From the IMG/VR virus record IMGVR_UViG_3300016659_000147, positions 1 to 36,045 of that record: 36,045 nucleotides of DNA; one strand, given 5' to 3'. A program made the position numbers and the translations under genes. Origin of the DNA: a virus (taxonomy: Duplodnaviria > Caudoviricetes). This document shows, piece after piece, positions 1-8,496 of the stretch. The notes beneath the pieces are model-generated. The model made no database searches. It saw only the letters and a program-made list of their open reading frames with translations, and had not been told where the DNA came from. The stretch's first letter is position 1. Every line of letters begins with the position of its first letter.

Positions 1-2
1 TA

Positions 3-206
3 GAGATTACAAACAGACAAAGACACCCAGTACAACTGATTGTCAGGTCTAGGAGGGCCACCAAGTCTTTCACTACTTTAAATATACCTGGAATTGGAAA
101 AGGAAAAAATATATATTTTTTGGAAGATGAAAGATCAACTGACTATATAGATAGAGCAGAAAAAAGTGGATTGATTTCCATTAAACATATTAAAACACCG
201 ACTTGA
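3..206 (+). CDS. 5'-truncated small hypothetical protein upstream of the tail sheath gene
   Basis: Frame 3 is open from the window edge (EITNRQRHPVQLIVRSRR...IKHIKTPT) to TGA at 204-206, ending just before the sheath SD. Not in the ORF track because the start lies outside the window. Confidence 0.65.
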   Translation, partial: EITNRQRHPVQLIVRSRRATKSFTTLNIPGIGKGKNIYFLEDERSTDYIDRAEKSGLISIKHIKTPT

Positions 207-222
207 AAGGGAGAATAAGACT

Positions 223-2595
223 ATGGCGATTCTAAAAGGGTTTCCACCCTCTAACACAATTAGCCCGAGTGTTAGAATTACCGAAAAAGACCTGAGCTTC
301 ATCGTTGCAGCACAAAACCCCCATGTGGCAGGTATTGTTGGGTTTGCTTCCAAAGGTCCAGTTAATCTTCCGACAGCTATCTCTTCTAGCCGTCAGTTGC
401 ATACTGTGTTCGGCAATCCACACCCCGATACTGGTGATCCATTCTTGATCTATGCTGCTGATCAATATCTCTTGGTTGCGAACACCCTTTATGTTGTTCG
501 TGTTGCCGACATTGATCCTGTGAGCGATGAAACCGCTACCCTTGCTACAGTTGACATCCCCGCAAGCGGAAGTTTGGTCGCTATTGAATCCGCCACATCC
601 GGTCCCTATGTATTCAACGAAGATTCATTCTTCCGTTGGAAGCTTAATGGTGTTTTGTCAAGTAAGACCCTTGTGGTCCTCCAAAATCTTACTGGTTACA
701 ATGTTGACGACCTTGTGATGGCTCTCAACGATCAGTTGACCGATGATGATGATGGCATCATTTTCTACATTACCTCTGGCAATACTGTTGGCGTGAAGAC
801 TGTATGGGCATATGGACCTTCAGCATCCTTGGAAATGATTTCTGTTCAGAACGCTATTTATGGCGGTTCTGTATCCGACCCTGATGGCATTCGTGACAAC
901 CCTACCGGTCTTGGCACCGATATGGAAAGGGCTTATGTCACAGGCAGCACCGGAAAATATCCCAACAATATGTACCAAGCCGCTGGCGTATGGGATTTCT
1001 CGTCCTTTGCTACCGACATCACAATTGACCTAATCATTGATGGTACTGAAAATGTCCTAATTGATCAGATTGCTCAACAAATCGTTATTCCTGCTGGTAG
1101 TGTTTATGGAACGACTGCTGCTCTTGTGACAGCAATCAATAACCAGAAAACCGAAATGGGTGGAACACTATCCGGCGGTTGGGAAGCTCTTGCATCTGGC
1201 GATAATCTCAAGATCACCACAAAGAGTCACGGTTTTGACGCTCGATTAAGAGTTAAGTCTTCCAGCACCGGCGCTGATATTTTTGGTCTTTCAACTCTTA
1301 CCAAGGTTGGCGTTACTACCTCTGGTACTTCAGGCGACCCCAACATCGAAACTTTTGGTAAAGTTAGTGGTAGCGCAACAACAAGCGATGTTGCATTCAC
1401 AATTACCGCTGATTCAGTTGGTATTGACGGAAATTATACTCAGATTATTGTTCAGAATAATATCTATGAGCCTAATTTTACAATTGAAGTTTATGCAAAT
1501 GGTGTGCAGGTCGAATCTTGGGGTAATTTAACCAAGAATATCGCAAGCAGCTACTATGTTGAAACCTATTTGGCTCTTGTGTCTGATTTCATTCGTGCAA
1601 TCGACAACACAACTACAGGCGCCACTCCCAAGGATGGCACTTATAGCCTAACCGGTGGCTCTGACGGTATTCCTGCTGATCCTGATGCTCAGGATGTTTT
1701 ACTCATGGGCGATCCAGTTGCTTATACCGGCATCTATACCATGAGCGAACCTGAGCAAATCAATATTGACCTCATCGCAGTTCCCGGTCACTCAAGCACC
1801 GCAGTTGTTGAAGAATTGCTGCGCTTCGCCCAAGTGTATCGTCAAGACTGCCTTGCTATCATTGATCCTCCATTCGGTTTAACAGCAACTGAAGTTGTCG
1901 ATTGGCAGAATGGTGCTCATCCTTTGAATAACACCAAGTTTGATTCTGATTTTGGTGCTCTTTACTGGCCTTGGGTCAAGCTTTATGACTCCTACAACAA
2001 AGTTGATGTGTGGTGTCCACCAAGCGGTTCAGTCATGGCGACAATTGCTCGTAGCGACTTCCTTAGCGCACCTTGGTTTGCACCCGCTGGTTTGACCCGT
2101 GGTCAAGTCCCCGGAATCACCGATGTGTACAATCGTCCTACTTTGGCTGAACGAGATCAGATGTATGGCAATAGAAACTGCGTTAATCCGATTGTCAACT
2201 TTACCGATGTTGGTGGTTTCGTGATCTTCGGTCAGAAAACCTTGCAGCGCAGACCAACATCACTTGACCGTGTGAATGTGCGTCGAATGATGTTTTATGT
2301 TGAAAAGGAAATTCGTACTGCTTGTCGCACATTACTTTTCGAACCAAACGATACGATTTTCAGGTCACAGTTTATTGGAATTGCGAAGGCAATTCTCGCA
2401 AGAGTACAAAGTGGTCGAGGAATCACGGATTATATCATCAAAGCCGATGCTGAACTGAATACTCCTGATGTCATTGATCGCAATGAGTTTCGTGCAAGAA
2501 TCGGAATTCAACCGACTCGTTCAACCGAATTCATTTTCATCGAATTCTCATTGCACAGGACCGGTAGCTTTGCTGAAGGCTCTGAAACATTTTAA
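223..2595 (+). CDS. Contractile tail sheath protein (T4 gp18-like)
   Basis: N-terminal SPSVRITEKDLS...GIVGFASKGPVN; C-terminal YWPW, PPSG, PWFAPAGLTRG, FGQKTL, RVNVRR, FEPND motifs; SD GGGAG upstream. Confidence 0.95.
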   Translation: MAILKGFPPSNTISPSVRITEKDLSFIVAAQNPHVAGIVGFASKGPVNLPTAISSSRQLHTVFGNPHPDTGDPFLIYAADQYLLVANTLYVVRVADIDPVSDETATLATVDIPASGSLVAIESATSGPYVFNEDSFFRWKLNGVLSSKTLVVLQNLTGYNVDDLVMALNDQLTDDDDGIIFYITSGNTVGVKTVWAYGPSASLEMISVQNAIYGGSVSDPDGIRDNPTGLGTDMERAYVTGSTGKYPNNMYQAAGVWDFSSFATDITIDLIIDGTENVLIDQIAQQIVIPAGSVYGTTAALVTAINNQKTEMGGTLSGGWEALASGDNLKITTKSHGFDARLRVKSSSTGADIFGLSTLTKVGVTTSGTSGDPNIETFGKVSGSATTSDVAFTITADSVGIDGNYTQIIVQNNIYEPNFTIEVYANGVQVESWGNLTKNIASSYYVETYLALVSDFIRAIDNTTTGATPKDGTYSLTGGSDGIPADPDAQDVLLMGDPVAYTGIYTMSEPEQINIDLIAVPGHSSTAVVEELLRFAQVYRQDCLAIIDPPFGLTATEVVDWQNGAHPLNNTKFDSDFGALYWPWVKLYDSYNKVDVWCPPSGSVMATIARSDFLSAPWFAPAGLTRGQVPGITDVYNRPTLAERDQMYGNRNCVNPIVNFTDVGGFVIFGQKTLQRRPTSLDRVNVRRMMFYVEKEIRTACRTLLFEPNDTIFRSQFIGIAKAILARVQSGRGITDYIIKADAELNTPDVIDRNEFRARIGIQPTRSTEFIFIEFSLHRTGSFAEGSETF

Positions 2596-2612
2596 GTAAA
2601 TAAGGAGAATAA

Positions 2613-3278
2613 ATGGGCATAACTTATACACCCGGTGGTTCTAATAACCCTGTTGCTGCCAACCCACTGGCCAGAAATATGGGCCTTGGTAATCTTGCAA
2701 GTGGTAATGTTGTATTTAAAAGAAAGTATCGATGGACAATGCAACTCAAAACGCATTGTGATACTCAAGAAATTCCAGAGTATTATGTCAAAACAGCCAA
2801 TCGTCCCCAACTAGACATTGAAGAAACTGAAATAAATTTCTTACATGGAAAGTTTTGGATTCCCGGCAAAGGCACTTGGAATGCTTTGACAATTACTTTT
2901 TATGATGTTTCTGACTTAGGCAACGCAAACAACGGCTTATTTGGCTGGCTTGCAACTACTTACAACTTTACTGACCCCGTTGGTCTTCATCAATCTACCT
3001 TGCGTGGTCCAGATGGAAACTATGTCTCCGGTGGTTATGGTTGTGATGGCATTCTGCAATTATACGATGGATGTGGTGTTCCGCTTGAAAGATGGACTCT
3101 TTTAGGTATGTGGCCACAATCAATTAACTTCGGTGAACTTGACTATACAAGTTCAGATGAATGTACTATTGAAGTGACCACTAGATACGATAGTGCAAAA
3201 TATGAGCCTCTTTGCGGCGGTACATTCCAAATCTGCTGCTCTGGTTGCTCACCCGATGTCAATGTAGCAAATGCCTAA
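2613..3278 (+). CDS. Tail tube protein (T4 gp19-like), probably the major tube
   Basis: Directly follows the sheath with SD AAGGAG; motifs RP.L...EINF, PGK.TW..LTITFYD, W.L.GMWPQSINFGELDY. Confidence 0.88.
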   Translation: MGITYTPGGSNNPVAANPLARNMGLGNLASGNVVFKRKYRWTMQLKTHCDTQEIPEYYVKTANRPQLDIEETEINFLHGKFWIPGKGTWNALTITFYDVSDLGNANNGLFGWLATTYNFTDPVGLHQSTLRGPDGNYVSGGYGCDGILQLYDGCGVPLERWTLLGMWPQSINFGELDYTSSDECTIEVTTRYDSAKYEPLCGGTFQICCSGCSPDVNVANA

Positions 3279-3294
3279 TCAACAAACTTTTTTC

Positions 3295-3331
3295 AAAACC
3301 TTGCATACATTATTGTATGCAAGGTTTTTTT
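3295..3331 (+). terminator. Rho-independent terminator after the sheath-tube operon
   Basis: Perfect 15-bp stem AAAACCTTGCATACA / TGTATGCAAGGTTTT with a TTAT loop, running into a T7 tract (3325-3331). Confidence 0.85.
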
Positions 3332-3344
3332 ATGGGTGGTGACA

Positions 3345-3896
3345 ATGGCCAAACAAAATATGGGTTTGTTTCGTGGTTTTGAGACAACTTGTTTCAAAAG
3401 AAAACATCGTTGGATGTTCTCAATACAGGATGTTTCAGGCGATCCGGCAATTTTGAGTTCTAACGCATTGCCGCCTTCTAAAGCTTCAAGACCAAATCTT
3501 AACTTTAAAGAATTAGAAGCCCAACACATATCGGAAACTGTGTATTTTCCCGGTAAACCAGACTGGAAGCCTTTAACAATTACATTATATGATACAAAAG
3601 TTAATGCTAATCCTGTCTTCGATTGGATTAGTAAGTATTATGACCCAAACAAAGGATACCTTGGTTATTCAAGTTCTAGTTTCCCCAACAATACTTCTTT
3701 GGCAATGAAAATAAGCCAAGCTTACCTGACTTTATTTTCAGGCTGTGGCACAGCAATAGAAAAATGGGTATTTGAAAATGTTTGGCCACAAGCAATAGAA
3801 TTTGGCGAATTGGATATGGGCCAAGGTGATGTCGTTACAATTGACTTAACTTTGAGATACGATAGAGCCTACATAGTTATCAACGAAGGTTTTTAG
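3345..3896 (+). CDS. Second tail-tube-like protein (gp19 paralogue; possible tube initiator or minor tube)
   Basis: Shares FKRK.RW, RP.L.F.E.E, PGKPDW.PLTITLYD and WPQAIEFGELD motifs with 2613-3278. ATG at 3345 preferred over GTG at 3336. Confidence 0.82.
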   Translation: MAKQNMGLFRGFETTCFKRKHRWMFSIQDVSGDPAILSSNALPPSKASRPNLNFKELEAQHISETVYFPGKPDWKPLTITLYDTKVNANPVFDWISKYYDPNKGYLGYSSSSFPNNTSLAMKISQAYLTLFSGCGTAIEKWVFENVWPQAIEFGELDMGQGDVVTIDLTLRYDRAYIVINEGF

Positions 3897-4157
3897 TTAA
3901 TCATCACTTTCTTCTTCGATGCTAAGTTCTTGTTTTAAAAGTTCTTGACAAGCTTTTATTGCATCTTCAAGTTCTTTAGGCTTACATTTAAGAACACGGC
4001 AGGCTCCACTTTTATTGAGCCTGCCCTTTTTAGTATAAACTCTTGCATCATTAAGAAGAAATGCATCAACAAGTTTGCCAAAACCAGAATCGACTAACTT
4101 TTGTATAAGTTCTTGATTTTCGATACTATCAAACAAATTTTTGCTAAATTTTGTCAT
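3897..4157 (-). CDS. Small hypothetical protein with a C-terminal HTH-like segment
   Basis: 86 aa; GRLNKSGACRVLKCKPKELEDAIKACQELL resembles a helix-turn-helix; acidic tail. Confidence 0.6.
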   Translation of the reverse strand: MTKFSKNLFDSIENQELIQKLVDSGFGKLVDAFLLNDARVYTKKGRLNKSGACRVLKCKPKELEDAIKACQELLKQELSIEEESDD

Positions 4158-4236
4158 GGTTTATAATTCTGAGGTTTTCCAAGATTTTTTAATGCTTGGA
4201 TAAGATGTAAAATTATAATATTTAATTTTTAATAAA

Positions 4237-4785
4237 TCAAGGTTCGCTGATTATATTATGTTTTTTATACAAATTTTTTGTCTTTGAAGCAGGCATTTTT
4301 TGTTCCATCTGCAACTGAACAAAATCAAGATACTTTCTTTTAAGCTCGTTATAATTTCGTGCAGTTCTGTAAAGTTGCCTGAAATGATTTAAAATACAAG
4401 TTGTCATGTAATTAAACGCTTTTCCCTTTTTAGGGTCAAAACGGTCTATTTTCTCAAAACAGATCATGACCCCCTCTTGAACAGCATCATCTTGGTCAAT
4501 CAAATTGAATTTTGCATAACGAACGATGTTTTCTGATAAAGTATAAAAAGCAATTGCCAACTCATCTTGTGATTCTTGGTATTTGCTAGAAATATCCTTG
4601 AATTCACTTTCAGTTGTCAGCCACGCTTGTGGCTTTTGATATTTTCCACGCTTCAAAGTTCGATGATGCGTTGCGACAATATCATCCATGAGCATTTGAT
4701 ACTTAATACGATTTTTCTTGGCGACTTGAAAATTTACGATTAACTTTTCAAATGTTCTGTTGTTTAAATATTCTGTGGCCATCAA
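4237..4785 (-). CDS. Phage sigma factor, region-2-only (T4 gp55-like late sigma)
   Basis: DQDDAVQEGVMICFEKIDRFDPKKGKAFNYMTTCILNHFRQ matches sigma70 region 2 / gp55. No region 4 within 182 aa. Confidence 0.82.
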   Translation of the reverse strand: MMATEYLNNRTFEKLIVNFQVAKKNRIKYQMLMDDIVATHHRTLKRGKYQKPQAWLTTESEFKDISSKYQESQDELAIAFYTLSENIVRYAKFNLIDQDDAVQEGVMICFEKIDRFDPKKGKAFNYMTTCILNHFRQLYRTARNYNELKRKYLDFVQLQMEQKMPASKTKNLYKKHNIISEP

Positions 4786-4820
4786 TCCCCTTAAATTAAG
4801 AAAAATTTCTATTATATTTC

Positions 4821-5027
4821 ATGCAGATAAACGAAATCTTTCTTTCAATTCTCGACAAGCCTCACATTCCACGCTACTATCGTGAACTCCATCAATTTTA
4901 TTTGAGCCACAATCTTGTTGAAGAGGCGGCTGCAATAGCTTATCTAGTAGAGAATAAATTTGGGAAAAAAAATGAAAACTCCTCTGAGCATACAAATATT
5001 GACGAAGGACAATCAAGAAACGATTGA
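4821..5027 (+). CDS. Hypothetical protein
   Basis: 68-aa ORF divergent from the sigma gene, overlapping the next gene. Confidence 0.55.
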   Translation: MQINEIFLSILDKPHIPRYYRELHQFYLSHNLVEEAAAIAYLVENKFGKKNENSSEHTNIDEGQSRND

Positions 5028-5955
5028 AAACTGTCTTCAATCTCTCAAGCATTTAAATGCCAGAATTATAGTAGGTGATCTTGGATGTAAGGATCAAACA
5101 ATTAGAAAATGCCAGAAATTTGATGTTGAAATCATGCCGTTGTCTTTAAATGATGATTTATCACAAGCAAGAAATAAAATTATAGAAAAATGCAATAGTG
5201 TTTGGCACATGATGATTGAGCCTTGGGAAGAACTCATATCGGGAACAGAAAATATTAAGTCAAGTATGCTATATGCGCCTGAATCTTATAAAATACACAT
5301 ACTTCAAGCAGATATGATGACAAAAGAAACAAGGTTGTGGCACACATCTTTGCCGATTAAATTTCAAAATCCTGTTTATGAGACAGTAAAGTCGGAATCA
5401 AAGGATTTAAATGTTTTTATTTCAAGCTCAAATGGAAAAAGAAATTTGGATTTCATCGATTTAATTTTGAAATGGCAAAATAAAAATCCTTTATCACCAG
5501 AACCATTGTATTACAAAGCTTGTATTGATTTGATCAATAAAAATTGGGATTCTTTTTTGAATTATTCAGAACTATTTCTTCATCAACAAAAAAACCAAGA
5601 TATGTCATTTTTCATGACGCAATATTATACTTCCATGGTTTTATGTTACATAAAAAAAGATTACAATAAAGCTATTCAAATGCTAATGCCTTGTTTGGTT
5701 AAAAAACCAACGATGGCTGAATTTTGGTGTCTGCTTGCTGATATTTTTTATGCAATAAACGAATACGAAAAAGCACAATGTTTTTATAAAAATGCTCAAA
5801 TATTAGGTTCAAGAAGACTTAAAACCTGTGAATATCCTATGGAAATTAGCAAGTACAATGAATATCCAAAAAAAATGATTGAAGCCTGTAAAAAAATTAA
5901 ATCTAATCTTAATCTTTATGTGAGTACTGTCAATAAATCACATCCAACTCATTAA
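4972..5955 (+). CDS. GT2-like glycosyltransferase with C-terminal TPR repeats (degenerate DxD)
   Basis: LSIQILTKDNQETIENCLQSL...IIVGDLGCKDQT...DDLSQARN; TPR-like AEFWCLLADIFYAINEYEKAQCFYKNA. ATG at 4972 preferred. Confidence 0.8.
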   Translation: MKTPLSIQILTKDNQETIENCLQSLKHLNARIIVGDLGCKDQTIRKCQKFDVEIMPLSLNDDLSQARNKIIEKCNSVWHMMIEPWEELISGTENIKSSMLYAPESYKIHILQADMMTKETRLWHTSLPIKFQNPVYETVKSESKDLNVFISSSNGKRNLDFIDLILKWQNKNPLSPEPLYYKACIDLINKNWDSFLNYSELFLHQQKNQDMSFFMTQYYTSMVLCYIKKDYNKAIQMLMPCLVKKPTMAEFWCLLADIFYAINEYEKAQCFYKNAQILGSRRLKTCEYPMEISKYNEYPKKMIEACKKIKSNLNLYVSTVNKSHPTH

Positions 5956-6316
5956 CAATGACTGTAACTTGGTCTTCGTACCGAGCTACTGTGATTTGTT
6001 TTCTTCCCGGTGCTAATTTCCTAAGTTTTGTTTCTAATTCTGAAATGTGACAGTTGATAACAGACCAATGATTTTGCGCTAATTTTTTAACTTCTTCATC
6101 CAAGTCAGCAACGCTGCGATTTGGGAAATACGCTTGTAACTCCTTCTTCGCCTCTCTCATTACTTTTTGGTAAATAGGAACATTGCAAGCGCAGCCGGGA
6201 TTGTTTAAATATTTTTGAATATCATCTTTAAAGGATTCTGGCAAACTATTTCTGAATCTTGCGTCACGCAGAGCCTGTTTCACTTCCATCAAGCCTATTG
6301 GTCTGTTCATTTTCAT
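5930..6316 (-). CDS. Hypothetical protein with a CxC motif
   Basis: 128 aa, NPGCACN; last gene of an overlapping 4-gene minus-strand unit. Confidence 0.7.
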   Translation of the reverse strand: MKMNRPIGLMEVKQALRDARFRNSLPESFKDDIQKYLNNPGCACNVPIYQKVMREAKKELQAYFPNRSVADLDEEVKKLAQNHWSVINCHISELETKLRKLAPGRKQITVARYEDQVTVIVNELDVIY

Positions 6317-6548
6317 TCCTCTGTATTGGAAATGGCGTCAATGTAAAACCGCACTTAGGACAACGAAACAATTTTTTTCGTTTTTTATTGGTTTGCAAAA
6401 TCGTTTTTTTATTTGTTGGATCATAAATTGGCAGATGTCTTTGTAAATCAACGGTTTTTACTTCAATTAAATCATTTAGATCGCATCCGTTTGTATATCT
6501 TTTATATGGACATTTATTACAATGTAAGACATAAATCAGATCACTCAT
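6264..6548 (-). CDS. Zinc-ribbon protein
   Basis: CNKC ... CPKCG Cys pairs in 94 aa. Confidence 0.7.
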   Translation of the reverse strand: MSDLIYVLHCNKCPYKRYTNGCDLNDLIEVKTVDLQRHLPIYDPTNKKTILQTNKKRKKLFRCPKCGFTLTPFPIQRNENEQTNRLDGSETGSA

Positions 6549-6892
6549 TTGCTTTCCTGTTCAGTTGTCATATTGACTACTGTTGCAGCCTCTAGGTAAT
6601 TTAAAATTACTGCTGCAAAATTTGAAAGAAAACCGCCCGCACAACCACAAGCAAATATTTGAAATGGATCATTTGTAAGCCATACCCATCCCATGAAAAA
6701 ACCACACCATGTTCCTGCACAAAGATAACAATCTACAACTCCTCCAACCTTCGGGATGCGAATTTTTTCAGTTAAAGATTTAAAAAAATTACGAAATTCT
6801 TGAAGAATCGAGCCATCGACAACAATATGACACATGCCGATGGTGCTTATAACAAACAAAATCAAATCAACAAAATTCATGATTACCTCCAA
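6545..6892 (-). CDS. Small membrane protein, DUF1360-like
   Basis: 2-3 hydrophobic helices and CYLCAGTW (CxxCxxxW) motif. Confidence 0.6.
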   Translation of the reverse strand: MEVIMNFVDLILFVISTIGMCHIVVDGSILQEFRNFFKSLTEKIRIPKVGGVVDCYLCAGTWCGFFMGWVWLTNDPFQIFACGCAGGFLSNFAAVILNYLEAATVVNMTTEQESK

Positions 6893-7242
6893 AATGTAAA
6901 CTTAAGTTCATTGCCTTTACGAAACAGACATGCTCCACCATATTCTGAAAATTCGCAAAGCCTTTCATAATCATCAATATTACAATCATAATGATCCACC
7001 AAGTTCTTGTTCAACTTGTTAACAAAAACTGGTTTGCCAAAATATTTTTCTAATTTCTCTAATTGCACTTCACCTAAACCATTCATCAGTTCCAAAGTGC
7101 TATATTGGGCCATTTGTTTTAATCCCGAAACACGATGTGCTAAATTCCATTGATCAAACAAATATCTGTATTCCGGTAAATGTTCTTGAACTTTTTTATC
7201 AAGAAAAATTATTTCTTCAATATTCTGAAGATTTATTTCCAT
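6883..7242 (-). CDS. Hypothetical protein
   Basis: 119-aa ORF with a purine-rich GAGAG upstream, overlapping the next gene. Confidence 0.7.
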   Translation of the reverse strand: MEINLQNIEEIIFLDKKVQEHLPEYRYLFDQWNLAHRVSGLKQMAQYSTLELMNGLGEVQLEKLEKYFGKPVFVNKLNKNLVDHYDCNIDDYERLCEFSEYGGACLFRKGNELKFTFWR

Positions 7243-7305
7243 CGTACTCTCACTATTTTAAGGAATATGGAAACTACTCTAAGCTAGTAATCCAAGGAGA
7301 TAAAA

Positions 7306-8496
7306 ATGGCTGATCAGAATTTTCGTCCACGCAAGAACCCTGCTGAACAAAGTCCAGAACAATCAAACGAGGCTTTAGAAAGAATCAACCAAATGCGAAA
7401 GCAAGCTCGACCCGATGACGAAGATAATGCCCCAAACCAAGACTTTAATCCGGCACAACAAGCAGTACCACCGCAGGCATTGCCTCCCGGTACATTTCCA
7501 ATTCAAGGGAATGTGCCTCCAGCATTTCAAGCAGCACTTGCTGCCGCTAGAGGCAACCCCGTTGGGCAAGAAAAAGTTCAACAAAACACTAGCGGAAATG
7601 AAACCAAGCGTGGTTTCAATATGAGCAGAGGCGGCGAATCTGAGGCTCCTCAGCCTGCTCCTCAACAAAGAGCCAATCTTTCAAGTTCAGGTTCGGCTCA
7701 CCTCAAGGAATTGCTAGAAAGCCTTCGTGGTTCGACTGCCACATATGAAGAAATCCAACTTCCTTCTAAAGGTCGTTTTTACAATGACACAAATGGTCCG
7801 AGCAATGGTGTTGTCTCAATTCGTCCTATGACAGGCGAGGAAGAGCAAATCCTTGCAACACCAAGATTTGTTCGTAAGGGTCAAGCAATCAATATGATTT
7901 TCCAAAAGTGCCTTAAGGAAAAATACAATGTTGACCAGCTTTTGACCGTTGATCGCACATACCTTCTGATTTATCTCCGTGGCATTTCATACAGTCCAGA
8001 ATATGAAGTCGAAATCAAGTGCCCCGAATGCGGGGCGAAGTTTTCTACTTCAATCGATCTCAACAGTCTTTATGTTGAAGATTGCCCTGATGGCTTCGGT
8101 CCAGATTTACAGGATGTTTTGCCAAATTCTAAATTGCCTTTTTCTTATCGACTTAGCACCGGCAAGGATGAACAAGATATTCAAGAACACCGAGATCGTC
8201 GCATCAAAATGTTTGGCGACTCGTCTGCCGATGACACTTTGACATTCAGAACTGCTCAATTGCTTAATGATATCGACGGAATTACAAACAAGCAAGAACT
8301 ACAGGTTCTCATTAAGAATTTGCCGATTAACGATGTGGCTTACATTCGTGGCCTCATTAACGAACCTCCCTTTGGCGTTGATACCAATTTGGAAATTGTA
8401 TGCCCAAGTTGCTTGCAAGATTTCCAACTGGAGCTGCCGCTTGAAGCAAATTTTTTCTTCCCACGGCGACAGAAGAAGGCGAAGACCCAAGCGTAG
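7306..8496 (+). CDS. Baseplate hub / tail assembly chaperone (T4 gp26-like) with a long disordered N-terminus
   Basis: LPSKGRFY, IRPMTGEEEQIL, DRTYLLIYLRGISY, CPECG, CPSC and C-terminal NFFF; first ~140 aa Q/P/A-rich; SD AAGGAG. Confidence 0.8.
   Translation: MADQNFRPRKNPAEQSPEQSNEALERINQMRKQARPDDEDNAPNQDFNPAQQAVPPQALPPGTFPIQGNVPPAFQAALAAARGNPVGQEKVQQNTSGNETKRGFNMSRGGESEAPQPAPQQRANLSSSGSAHLKELLESLRGSTATYEEIQLPSKGRFYNDTNGPSNGVVSIRPMTGEEEQILATPRFVRKGQAINMIFQKCLKEKYNVDQLLTVDRTYLLIYLRGISYSPEYEVEIKCPECGAKFSTSIDLNSLYVEDCPDGFGPDLQDVLPNSKLPFSYRLSTGKDEQDIQEHRDRRIKMFGDSSADDTLTFRTAQLLNDIDGITNKQELQVLIKNLPINDVAYIRGLINEPPFGVDTNLEIVCPSCLQDFQLELPLEANFFFPRRQKKAKTQA

Noticed and set aside
223-3896. Sheath plus two tubes read as a bacterial eCIS, tailocin or T6SS locus
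   Set aside because: The context (gp55-like sigma, gp46/47, Dda, RNR with inteins, resolvase, no host housekeeping operons) indicates a lytic phage genome.
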